DNA of 63,278 nt, counting the filler, from Lenisia limosa (Eukaryota > Protista > Breviatea), in NCBI GenBank assembly GCA_001655205.1. It is 9 parts of 9 records of this genome, joined end to end, with 100 filler letters (N's around TTAATTAATTAA, not from the genome) between each part and the next. Parts side by side here need not be neighbours in the genome. Positions count along the whole stretch, not along the records: positions 1 to 26,832 come from LPNZ01009748.1; 8 more parts are not named here. The stretch is one strand, 5' to 3'. The position numbers and the translations under genes were made by a program. Positions 12,703 through 24,829 of the stretch are shown here, in pieces (positions within the stretch are counted from its first letter, which is position 1; each line of letters begins with the position of its first letter). Under the pieces are notes generated by a model. That model made no database searches. It saw only the letters and a list, made by a program, of their open reading frames with translations, and was not told where the DNA came from.

Positions 12703-13830
12703 ATGTCCCTGGAAGAAACTTTTCGCGCAAACCCTGGTGCTCCCTCTGTTTCCTCTCCAGATCAGCTGAGTCCTCATCAGATCGAGGTTGCCACTCTTCT
12801 TCTGCGATGGGAGTCTGTTGCTGCTGTTCTTCCAACAGGAAGTGGTAAATCGCTGCTTCCTGTCATCGTTGCGCTTCAGTTTCAGGTTTGTTGTCTTTAT
12901 TGTATGGGCATTGTTGCAGTGATCGGGACGGACGGAGGGGGGGGTAGTTTTTCAGTCATTTTATTGGCTTTTCTGTTTCCCATACACTTAAGGTGTGTAC
13001 TTCGTCTGCCTCCCTCTCGTCCCAACAGTTGAAGAACAGATCATGCGGATCGAGGCTGCCGGCGCCGTCAAGGTTCTGCAGCTGAGAGATGTAACCGCCA
13101 AGACCGACCTCAGCGACGTCACTCTCAGTTTACATCAAATCTCCTTTGTCGTTATTGACAACTTAGTCTTCTTCCCCCCAGAACAGACAAAGAAAGCAAT
13201 TGCGGTTTTCAAGCGAGCCAGCAAAGCCGGTGTTGCAGCAGGTCTTGTACTGGATGAAGCCCACAGCTTTAGACAATGGCCGTAAGTGGGGGGAGGGTAT
13301 GGGTTAGCTTTTTTTGTTGGTATATATGTATGTTTAGGTTACCATTTTTTATTTTATAATATGATGTCTCAGTGTTTCGCTCTGCAATGAATGAGCCGCT
13401 GAAGTTCTCGACGGACGAAGGATTAGCTCTCATGAAGCCTGTTATCTTGGTTGGTGGTGACTCATAAATATCTTTCGAGAAGTTATGTTTCAAGTAACTG
13501 ATATTCACTTAAGCTCTCATCTGCCACAATGACCAAATCGGACCTCAAATTTTTCCGAGATGCGTTTGCTGAGCCCTTCCCTGAAGTTTATAGATAGTTG
13601 GTCAACCCACACATGAACTTGCGGATGGTATACCACTTGGAGGATGGCGAGCGGACATACCTCAAGGACACAGAGGCCATTTGTTGGGGCAGTCCTATTA
13701 TCATCATATGTTCTTTTGTTTTGTTATTATTGGACAAAGTTGAGTTACACTGCCGAAAATAAGAAAAATGTGATCGGTACACCACTTTATGGAAAAGATG
13801 ACAGTCCTGTTTTGCTGAGACCCAAGGTAA
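12703..13830 (+). pseudogene. RecQ-like helicase fragment, copy B
   Basis: Q-motif-like LSPHQIEV, VLPTGSGKS, CLPLVPTVEEQ and LVLDEAHSFRQW. A 1-nt deletion at the exon 2 start (about 12993) relative to copy A breaks the frame. Confidence 0.72.
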
Positions 13831-14529
13831 TCATAAAATAGTATATATCATCAAATAATATTAACTATTACAATACTACATATGTACTACGTACATAATA
13901 TAAAAACAGTATGATATATATAGCTATATACATATGATGTGTGTACTGTATTTATCATATAAAACATCAGATAATATATCATATGTGGTCGTTCAAAATT
14001 CTAAATATTTTAATAATTCTGGTTTTCTCGAAAAAACAAGTCTCCAGTTAAATATTGTGTTTAATTAGAAGTATAATGATCTTGACTTTGTTTTTCCTTC
14101 ATTTTAGGGGTGATTTGTTTTCTAATGTATTTCAAAAAGTCTGTTTAAAGTAATATTTGAGATAAATATATATAGCTCACAAAGAAGTCCAAATTTTTAA
14201 CTTTGAATACCATTTGAAGCCTAGTTGTTGAATAATTGGAAGGGAATTAGAGAAAAAAACAGAATTATGAACGGCCGCATGCAAAGGAATAAAAAAACCG
14301 ATGTTCATCTTGTACATATCGTATACTGAGGAGACAAAACCGTGTCGTTTTGATTGTGGCTTCTTCTCTGAAAAAAAAAAATATAAAAATCACTTTTCGA
14401 CTCTTCAAAAATGAACATAAAAGGGAGATAATCAATCAATTATTTACATTATAGTCTCATAAACATCAATGACATAAAGAGTAAGTCGGAAAATAATGAA
14501 AATGCTATAAAGATACATTACTATTTTAC

Positions 14530-14611
14530 AAGGGCTTCACTTGGGCTCAAAAAAAGACAAATCTTCGAACACTATCGATATTTTACTGTACTTGTTCGAA
14601 GTGAAGCCCTC
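14530..14611. mobile_element. MITE family A copy (TIR TAGGGCTTCACTTCGGTTCG)
   Basis: AGGGCTTCACTT...GAAGTGAAGCCCT. Other copies: 33756-33853, 36040-36123, 38054-38117, 50774-50854, 52021-52120, 56604-56702, 59809-59887. Partial copies: 10421-10453, 27240-27277, 34638-34812, 57500-57541. Confidence 0.85.
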
Positions 14612-15124
14612 CAATCTTTTTCAATTTATTGTGTGGTGTTTGTGGGTGAAATGTCGATCAATAAGTGAATCGGTCTTCAATATGGCTCCTTGAAGAAACA
14701 ATTGTCTGGTTCAGTATCCAACAAATTCCTGCAATAATAATGGGAAAGGCTGATAAAGAGGTTGACTTCAACCATACATTTCTTTACTTTTTAATGGTAT
14801 AATACGATAAAAACCAAAACACAAGATAGAAAAAATTGGCTAATATAGCCAATATAAACAGGAAATATATAAAAATTATGTCTAGATTGCAAAAAACAAA
14901 ATGGGTAGGAAGCGGGGAGGGGTACAACAAGATAATCACATATATCAAGATATATATATATTAGATATATATATTTATAATATCATTGTCATATTTTTTT
15001 TAAAACAATATAGATATCATATGCATAGTACAGGTCTTATTTCTAGTTAAACTTTATCCATATTCAGATCGTTTTACTCTCGGAAAATATCAGTCAGTAT
15101 CTTGTTTCTACTCAGATCCTCAGG

Positions 15125-15900
15125 TTTGAGCTGCTATGTGACTCGCTGCTACAGGCAATGGCCCCCTTTGGTATTTGGCTCTTGCGATTTATTGTTCGGA
15201 CAACGATGGTTGTTGACGCTTTAGGTTTTACGTTTGAAGCGAACATCAATGGCGCAAAGGTAATATTAAGGATCAAATCACAACTATAGAAATTGTTTTC
15301 TCTTTTTGGAAGGTTTTCTCCTTATTCAATGGATGGCAGTACTAGCAGATATTGAGTGCAAAGATTATGTAAGAATATATTTAACCGTGTGTTGACAAGT
15401 CATATTTTTTTGCATGTTTCCATCAAATTCCACACGACAATGAAAGCGAACTATGACATGCTCTAATTGTGGACAATCAAGCTCTCAAAAAGTGATTAAA
15501 ACTACGATCATGTTGCCGTAGAAGCACCTAGAAGGAACTGAGTTTGTCATGTTTACATATTTGACTTCATTAGCTCAATTGCCAACAGCGCCAAGAATTT
15601 GTTGATTACTGATGATGTAAGGCGACTCTTGCTTTGTTTCACGTTTTCAATACAGAAATCAAGAAATTGTCAAGCATCCCCGAACCTGATATTGTCTGGT
15701 AGTGAATATGAACTTCAAAGGGTAGAATGCAATTGAAAGACGGTTTCTTATTGTATAGCGCTATTTATCACCGAGGACCTGATTTCAGTTCAGGTCACTT
15801 CATTGCAACAGTCAAGGGTGGAGATAATGTGAGATAATAATTCCAATTTTTTACTTTACTTTGTAGTGGTATACCTGCGATGATGCCACAGTCCGCCCCA
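15125..15900 (+). pseudogene. Ubiquitin-specific protease (peptidase C19) relic
   Basis: Cys-box SCY(x)DSLLQAM with a frameshift near 15135. His-box YSAIYHRGPDFSSGHFIATVKGGDN|WYTCDDATV spans a 38-nt GT-AG intron at 15829-15866. Stops lie between the two boxes. Confidence 0.7.
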
Positions 15901-16189
15901 GAAAACACCATTCTGGCTTCCAGCTGCACACAGTGGGGATGATAACATTTCTTCCATCAGCTTCAGTTTATAATTTCTTCCTTATGACTCTGCTGCAGTG
16001 CTTCTACAAAAAGTTGGCCACTGTCTTTGACAAAGATGGAAACTTTATTGTAAAATGGGCTTTGTGTGTTCCATGCTATTCTCTGGGAGGCAGACTAAGC
16101 CTTTCCTCTTAATAGTATATATATATATACGTTTTATGAAAAATAGTGTTGAAATTTTCCAACAATAAATTGCAGAACAAATCGTATTA

Positions 16190-17330
16190 AGACGTTAGAA
16201 GAGCCAAGTTATCTGCTTGATAGATTTTCAACGAGGCTTCGTCAGCAGTCAGAGGTTCACTGACAATTTTCTTCAGTCTTTTCAATGTAACACTAAAAAA
16301 TACAAATTTTTTTACCGTATACATTATATCATATTTACAACTTCAATATATACATTTGAAGTTACCCTCTGACCTATCCTACCTAGCCAAAAAAGCGTAT
16401 ACTATATGTATACTATATGTACTATATTATATTTTATAATCAATTGATTCAATACTCTTTGTTCAGGGCGGCTTCAAGAATGCCCATCACCTTCCCCCGA
16501 CTTTCGACGTCAGCCTGGTATGAAGGTCAACAAAAATAAACACAAACGGGATAGAAGTCAGGATGAAGTTGACGAAGGAATACGACTTGTTGGCCAAGCG
16601 GCACAGAGTTGTAAACGCGACCCGGGTGGCCCTCTGAGACTCTCTCCCCATGTCATATGTCAAAATATCGACATCCTCAACTCCTTCTACTATCTACATT
16701 TTCTTTAATAAGCAAATAGAAAATTGAACTGCAAACAGTCTGAGACTTGCGTGGGGTAGTTTTCTCAATCCGAGAGATAGCCCGGAGTGTCTTCTTTGGG
16801 GTGTCAGCTTGAGTAAAGATGACCTAAAAATTAGTTGCGATTTTTGATGAAATATCAGAAGTATCACCACTACTTACACTGGTACTGGGAGGAGAGCTCC
16901 CTAATTGCACACTCATCTTTCTCTACAATGGCTACTCTGTCATCATCAAGCAGAATTCAGTACGCATAATTCTGTTGCCATGTCCAATTAATGCACAGGA
17001 GCTCTTGGTCTTATCGCATTTGGAGTTTATGTACAAGGAATGCAATATTGTGATACTACTTGACGCCTCCCCCCCAGCCAAACCTTTCTCTCCAACGAAA
17101 ATTTTTAACTGGCTTATTACTGAGCTGTTAACTGCCTTGATGTGTTCAAGAAAATCGGTTCCGAAGGTTTGCTCTGATCCAATCATTAACCATCCAAGGA
17201 CTTTCTTTCGAGGATCTTGCCACCATGGCTGTGCTGGTGGGGGTAAGATCTGTATTTTCAATATATTCTGCTTTTCTTGATTCTATAGGAACTAAACCCT
17301 TGCTCCCCGTATTTTTTTTGTCATGCAAGC
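16190..17330 (-). pseudogene. Multi-exon decayed gene, possibly GTPase-like; second partial copy at 27500-27810 (-)
   Basis: AEYIENTDLTPTSTAMVARSSKESPW recurs as AGYIEDTDLTTTSLALTRSSKESPW at about 27720-27810. IFTQAD (G4-like) is seen here and FFLDGCG (G3-like) in the second copy. Stops and frameshifts are present. Confidence 0.3.
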
Positions 17331-18362
17331 AATGGACAAGGGCCTTTGTGACCTGATTGAGAGAGTAGAAGAGTAGAAGATTAGAGATGGGGAATGATGT
17401 ATTACGTGTGATTGTTATCTTCAAATGGGCACACAGCAATTCCATTCACACTATTGGTTTCATATTTATAAATTGATTGATTTTTATGATTAAATGCTTC
17501 TATAACCAGCCAAAAGCCAACCATTCTGAATTTCAATATATGATATCAAATGATATGTATTATAACTTGTTATTGTCTTTTCTTTGTCTATTTGTGATGC
17601 AACTGCTACTTTGGGCAAAATCATAAAATTGAGAAACTTGAACAATAAGGAGTTATTGAATATGATTCATGTCTAATTCTGAAGTCTCAGCTCAGATGAG
17701 AATGTGTTCCTTTTCCAGGCATCAGGTTTTTCGCGTTTAATTGTGTGGTTGAAATGGAGAAAGACAAAAGGTAAGCAATCAATGTCCCATTATCGTATCA
17801 TCAAACTAGCAAGTCAACGTTCATAAGTGTAAATTTGCACCTCTTTCAGTTTTGTTCTTCCCAGCCCGCCTTGCTTGGGCCGCTTCCTGTCATAGTGAAA
17901 CGGGTGCTGACCCGGGTGCTCTGGGAATTTTTTTTCTTCTTGCGTAATTATGTGTTTGTGAATGTACATCTCCTCGAAGACACACATCACACTACTGCAT
18001 AACATAGAAAGTTACAACCCTATGATGAAAACGAACATTAGGCTTTGTTGCGCACAGGTGGCACAGAGTATTAATCGATAAATCGATATGCATAGTAATA
18101 AATATTATTGCTTCAAAACTATTTTAAGAGGTAAAAATGTTAAAAGTATACAAGAGGGTGGCTTGGTGTCACTGCGCAATTATTGTGCGCGAATATAATC
18201 GGCCACCCGAACCCCCCATATATAATATCTATACACCTCCTAGGCTTGATTAGAGGAACAGGTTAGAGGATTAGAGAGTTGGATTAGAGCTCTTCTAAGT
18301 TTGTTGAACGTCCAATATTTCCAATCATTGTCCAATGTTGTATTGTATTTTGTAATTCAAAG

Positions 18363-18900
18363 GAGCGCAATAGTTGTTCCTATTGATGATACTGAAGTAA
18401 AGTCAACATTAAGAGGGTACAAACAACCCATATGCTTGTTTGGAGAGGGGGTTTTTCTTTTAATTCTTACGTTGCCATTTGATAGAAGAGCGAGGTTATC
18501 AGCATTCTTATTACAAGGTGATATCAAAGTTTTTAAAAGCAACAATGAATCAGTTCAAGAAGTGCATTCAGCAGTTATTTCTTTTTTGTTTAATTTTTGA
18601 AAGCTTTTTTATCACAAGGTTCAAAGTTACTGGAGAGTTGTAGGCATTATTTAACAGCCGTTTCTCTTAAAAGGTTTGATATTTTGGGATATTTTTTTCA
18701 AACAAAACAGTTTATCAGTTTATTAACTTTCAAAAAGGATCAAATTGTAATTTTTAGAAATTCTAGACCATCTTACCTGTCTCTTTTATCTCAAACTGTT
18801 TTGTTATGCAAATGAGCCCGAAATTAGAAGTGTATCGCTACCTCCATTGTTTTATCTCTGTTTCAGGTGGTAGTAGTAGTACTGTCAAAAATATTTATAC
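18363..18900 (+). pseudogene. PRP4: U4/U6 snRNP Prp4 (PRPF4)-like N-terminal fragment with short introns
   Basis: IVVPIDDTEVKSTLRGYKQPICLFGEG..PFDRRARL matches the Prp4/SFM motif ([33 protein letters not shown]). It is followed by (F)..GSKLLESCRHYLTAVSLKR, matching [23 protein letters not shown]. The WD40 part is largely absent. Confidence 0.7.
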
Positions 18901-20693
18901 AATATAAAGCCACAATTACAAAACTCCGGACAAACCATCATTTTCATCACAAAAAACGATGGAATGAGGACTTTTTAGCCTTCTTGGAAGCAGATTGACC
19001 GGCTGAAATTCGCCACTTAGAAGTGGCCTTTTTTGCCTTGCGACAAATGAATGAATCATCATTACTATTGGTCCGAAAACAAACTGAAATTCTCAATAAA
19101 TTCTTGATGAATATCGATAATTTCAGTTGCCTATTAGCAGCTTTCATAATTAGAAAACCACTAGTCAACCCAGTAAGTGGAGAAGGTGATGGTCTCCAAG
19201 GTGGCGGTCAAGGAAGCCGCCTGGAAACGATTAGGAAGAGAAAAGCTGCCCAGCATCAGACGTATCTCTTTCTTGGTGGGGAAGTCACCGTCCAGATCTT
19301 CTTGGAAGACCCAAGATAGAGTTCCCTCCCCCTATATCAGGCAAAGCTTGGCCAGTGTGAACCTTCTCTTTAATTCTCTTAGCACCCAATCAACTCTGAT
19401 AAATCTCTAACGGTTAAGTCAAAGGAGTGACGATTCCTTGTTGGGAAATCACTTTCTCCTACACTGTAAGCATCTTCCACAGCAAGAGCTTCGTTTTTCT
19501 CAGGTTTTCGGTGTTCGTTGCTTCATCCTTTTTCATGAGCACCGTTTTACTGATAGAAATGTAAACTATTAACAAGGTGATAAACACTTGGTTGCAGGAT
19601 GGTTTTGTGAATTTTTTTTTGAAAACTATTTTCGGTGTAGTAATCTTGAAAATTGACTGGTTTTTTTTATATAAAACAAAATATTCAGTTAATCTTACAC
19701 CCCCAACCATACGTTGCGGTTAATTTTTTTTTAATGCCCATTTTTACTGACGTTCCAATATTGGAGGAAAACTACCCAACGGGGTGTTTTTAAAACTGCG
19801 CACATGGTTTCAAATAAAAAAACGACTGAACCTTCTTTTAATGAGTGGTTCCAAAATCGTGTTATTCTTGGTGTATCGGAAATAATTCAACACGCCAACT
19901 TCTTTTGACAATATTACAAGCTCCTTACACACAGTTTAAAGGTTTAAGGAGGAAAATACTTATTGTTTAATTTATCCCAATATATTTTTTTGATTGCACA
20001 ACTACATTTTATTATTTTTACCAGTTAAATGCGCATTAAATACGGTTACTCTTTTTCCATTCTTGTGGTTTCATTTTTTAGATCCCAATTGAGGCTACTT
20101 GGAGCTAAAGAAGCACTTGGCAATGGGGAAGCAACAATTGAGAGTTTGTTTTCTTAGTACTCCCCCCCCNNNNNNNNNNNNNNNNNNNNNNNNNNNNNNN
20201 NNNNNNNNNNNNNNNNNNNNNNNNNNNNNNNNNNNNNNNNNNNNNNNNNNNNNNNNNNNNNNNNNNNNNNNNNNNNNNNNNNNNNNNNNNNNNNNNNNAA
20301 ATTTAACGAGTACTGCCTGTCGTCTCTTACACAAATTAGTAAAATATATCATATACCGTAGGGAAATTGGAAATGTCAAATTATTCGGGAAATTTATCAT
20401 ATTTTTTCAAAACGACCATGTTTTCAAACAAATATCATATTTTATTTTCGGGACAAAGGGGGACAGAGGGGGTAGGTAATAAGGAAGGGGGAAAGAAAGG
20501 AAACTTTGAGGACACGTCATCGGAATGTCAAAAATATGACACATATGACGCCAACATATTGCGAAAATCATATAAATATGGCATTTTTTTCATAAAATAT
20601 GAGAATTGTCATTGACTTGTGCCATATTTTTCTCTTCTCTAAATAAACGTTTCCCTCGCGTTTTCTCCCAAATATGACAGTTTTGAACCATAT

Positions 20694-22150
20694 ATGACAG
20701 AATATATCACCAATAAACGGAAATACGTTAACTACACAGTAGGTCAAAAGTTCATCATTTTAGACACATTTACCAGTACCTCCATCCCCAAGAAGCTTCT
20801 TAAAAAGGCAGAAGCAGACAGGTCTAAAGAGATCGTTCAGCCTTTGAGAGAGATCTTACGAGAAGATCCTGAAAAGGTTAATTTCTTCATCAAAATCTTA
20901 TCTATGCCAAAAGATACGACCAAAAAGAAGGAAAAGAGGAGCAGAAGGAAGCAAATATAGCACAGCAAAATCTTTAGATCAGCTGAGGTTCCTCGGAGTG
21001 GCATGGGGAATTTTCTCGGTTGTTTTGCGGTGGTTCCTCGATTCTCACTCGGGGACGCTAACCTTCTTAAACCAACCTCAAAAATTCACCAATGCCATAT
21101 TGTATAAAAAANNNNNNNNNNNNNNNNNNNNNNNNNNNNNNNNNNNNNNNNNNNNNNNNNNNNNNNNNNNNNNNNNNNNNNNNNNNNNNNNNNNNNNNNN
21201 NNNNNNNNNNNNNNNNNNNNNNNNNNNNNNNNNNNNNNNNNNCGCAATTAAATTGAATGATGCATGGAATACACCTTCAAAAATAATGGGCACAGTTTAA
21301 GACACCATGTGCATACATTGGGCCTATCCTTATGAGGACCAAGGGGGTGGACCATATTGGTCATGGTATCAGATTCCTCTCATTTCGAAAAAGTTATAAT
21401 ACTTATTTTGTTGAAAATGAGAATTATTGTTCAAGTTTACCATTTAGATAAGATGGTCTAAGCAACTTGTATTATTAACATTGCTTTGCTCTCCCCTACC
21501 ATCCTGTTGGTAGTATTGACCAAGTAGGCCAAGGCCTCAATCTTGGGAGCGACTACCTCTTGAATTGAGTCACAACAGAGCTGGAGATAGCGTCACTGAG
21601 AACAGCTGTGGGATTGGGCGAGATGACTGCGATCCGGGGGCTTCACCACCTAGTCTTGGGGGCCTTTGACGAATCACTTTCGCTATCTTCAAGGCTATCC
21701 ATTGCTCCACTCTCACATCCCTCCTCAAGAAGTCCCCCAGGTTGTCGAAGGATGTTCTTCTTTCCACCCTGAAGGCCTACAACCAGGCTGCTGAACCCAC
21801 CAACACTCTCAATGCCTTCAAAAACTCCGGTATCCAGGTCAAGCTGCTTCTCTCCGTCACCATCACCCCATCCACACTTGCCTTCCATTTCACAGACTCC
21901 TCTTTAGCATTCTCCGCTCCTCTCCTCTCTCCCCACCGTACTGCCCTTTATGCAGAATACCCAAGAGCTTATCGACCTTATTAAGGTGGCTAAAGGGGGT
22001 AACGCCGAGGCTGCAAAGGTTGCTTGGTTGGCTATTGCCAATTATCACCAAGCTCTCACCGATGCTGAGGTCGAGGCTCAAGGTGAGAAGGGGTTGGCTT
22101 TAATAACTCCTCCTCTTAAACCTTATACCCCTACATACCTTATTGAATAA
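20694..22150 (+). mobile_element. Decayed pogo/Tigger-like (DDE_1) transposase relic 1
   Basis: N-terminal KYVNYTVGQK (psq/CENP-B-like start). C-terminal (PLD)RITFAIFKAIH...KDVLLSTLKAYNQAAEPTNTLNAFKNSGI matches the DDE_1 tail. Stops and frameshifts are present. Confidence 0.55.
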
Positions 22151-22539
22151 AAACCTCTCCCTGAAAATTTGCAAAATATAAAACAAATAATTCTGGGGAC
22201 AGCAAACTTATTCTTTGTATTTTTACCTGGGCACAAGGATAACTTTTTAAGTTAGTCATTCTGTTGTTCTAATTTGATTTTTTGTAGTTGAGACAATGGT
22301 TTGACTCCTACATTGATGGGCCTTTATTCCAGTGTTTCTTGAACATTCCAAAAATAGGTATTTTTAGTTTGGTGTATTTTTCAAAAAATGCATCAACTAG
22401 AGATGTCCACAATATGGTATGTTGCGCTTGTTCGGGGGTGGTGTTGCTGTGATTTATAACATTCAAAAATTAGCGACTATTGTATCTGTGGAAAAACCAA
22501 AATTACATTACATCCCCAAACAAAAAAAAGACAAATAAA

Positions 22540-23210
22540 TGTTAGGCTGCTCAAGAGGTTTACCGCCATCAAGCTCAAAAGGTTCAAGAACATGACATTG
22601 GGCTTTATCAATAATCACCCCACATCAAGAAAGTGGAAGGCTACGGGAATTGTTCATGCGATTGACTTTAAGTTTCTTATAATTTTTCTTAAGCACTATT
22701 GCCATCTCTTATTTATCAACTTAGACTCCCAACTTACCTGAGAAGTGCCGACATGATGCCACCATCACTCCTGATCGCATGTTGCAACACCTCTCTGTAC
22801 TCTCCCATGCCATCAAGAAATGCCACCCATCTTTGATCACCAATATGAATGAGGCTATGGTTCAAATCTCAGGAATGAAGCAGAGTCCCATCATTCCCTT
22901 CTCCTTCTCAATCAGAAGACTATTAGAGAAGAATCCGAGATTCTGTCCAGATATGCCGCTGCTTCAATTCACACACCTAATGATGTTAGGTTAGTAAACG
23001 ATATTGTTTTTATGCATAGTATATACATTCCGGCGGTGGAGGCTCACCGCAAGGCTCAAGGACTTCCTCGTGCTCTGCTTATTACTGATGGACACTCGTC
23101 CTGATACTCAGCTTTTCCCTTACTCTTCTCAAGGCACATAACATTGACCTTTCCCTGCTCCCCTCCCATACCTCTCAAGTTACTCAAGCACATAGCCGCT
23201 TGACCAGTCT
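22540..23210 (+). mobile_element. Decayed pogo-like transposase relic 2
   Basis: ITNMNEAMV (first catalytic D region), YIPAVEAHRKAQGLPRALLITDGHSS (second D), and LPxHTSQVTQ...PLD remnants. Confidence 0.7.
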
Positions 23211-23609
23211 GGGGGGTAGGGAAAAAATATTATTGAATAATATAATTTCAAAGGTGGGGGGGGGNNNNNNNNNNNNNNNNNNNNNNNNNNNNNNNNNNNN
23301 NNNNNNNNNNNNNNNNNNNTATGTATAATACAGATATGATTAAAACCACGAACCGAACAAGCCTTTTGTTTTTGTAATACCCCTTTTAATCAAGCTAATC
23401 ATGACAAAGCTGTTTTCCCATAACAAGACATAACACTTTGAGGTCTTTTCTCATTCACGCATTGAAAACATGTGTATTAGAAGATGGAAGCTGAAAATAA
23501 TATAGAATAATGTAGATATCAGAAAGAACGGGAAACAGAAATGGCTTCAGTGACCCAATAAAAGAGTTAATGCATACAATAACATGATCAGAGGTATCAA
23601 CATATGTAC

Positions 23610-24310
23610 ATATATGTATAGTCAAAGCTCCGGACATCATTCAAAATTCCCGGACACATCAAAACTCCCGGACAGCTTGAGTTTTTCATACAAAATCACC
23701 ATAAACCACCTAGAAACCCTATTTCCCTTCTGTTTTTGAAAGTAATCTCAATCTTAATCAAATAATGAAACCCCAATTTAACATATTATCGGGTCAAAAC
23801 CAAATTAAGTCCCTAAGCTCTCTATTTACGGTCCAAAAACGGTCAAAAACAAGCAAAAACCGTTATAAAAGGCCACATTCAAGGAATAAATGGCAACTAT
23901 CCGGGAAAGTTTACCCCTGTAGACAGTGCTATTTTTAGCATTTTTTCCTCAAAATTCACCATTACATAGCCAAAGCAAATGGGAACCCGGAACCAATTAC
24001 TCCGAGGGGTACAAATTTTTGTTTCTTAACACTAAAAGAGGGTAAGATTCAGAAAATAATCCAGTGAAAAGGCAAAAGGGGGGCCCCCGGGAGACCAAAT
24101 TCACGGATTTATGACATTTGCTCAAAATTGAAAAAAAAAAGGTAGGAAACATTAGAAGGTCCATTTCTCTATGTAATCTGTCGAAGCATTTTTTCAAAAA
24201 ACACTAGCAATGGCCTATACAAGGTGTCAACTTCANNNNNNNNNNCTCTGGGAGTTTTGATGTGTCCTGGAATTTTGAATGATGTCCGGAGCTTTGAGGA
24301 CCCACATACA
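23610..24310. mobile_element. Non-autonomous DNA element, about 700 bp, with long TIRs (family D)
   Basis: TCAAAGCTCCGGACATCATTCAAAATTCCxGGACACATCAAAACTCCC at about 23622-23669 is inverted at about 24248-24296. The left end is also present at about 52575-52705. Confidence 0.7.
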
Positions 24311-24336
24311 TACTATGCATATGTAAATGCAAAGTA

Positions 24337-24669
24337 CTACCATCGTAGTACTTCATTGTTTTCTTGAAAATACAGGATTTCAGCGATTGTTTTAAGGAGG
24401 TTTTGAGAGACGAACGGGGCATAGCCTTGTGAGAACCGAGGAACCTCCGCAAAACAACCAAGGAAATCCCAAATGCTATCTCCGAGGATCTGCGTCGAGG
24501 GGATATGAGCTTCCAACCCCCAATGAAATATGAGAAATGTTATATTTTGAGTGATCTCAAGAAAAAGGTCGAATTTTGTCAAATAATGAACATTTATTTC
24601 TGCCAATCTGGCTACCATTCTCTGTCTGAACAACGCAAAATCTAAAAAAAGTGGGGAACAATGAGTCAA
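24337..24669 (-). pseudogene. Inverted fragment of the same pogo-like element family
   Basis: WDFLGCFAEVPRFSQG matches GNFLGCFAVVPRFSLG at about 21005-21050 (+). Confidence 0.5.
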
Positions 24670-24829
24670 AATATTGTCACTAATAAGTATTTATTGGTAA
24701 AGAACCAAACATATACTAGTACATTGAAGTATACTCAATACCTTTAGGAAGTTAAAAATGTCATATTTTTAAAAACGACCACAAAACAAAAATCATATTT
24801 TATGCTAATACCATGATCCATTACGAGAC

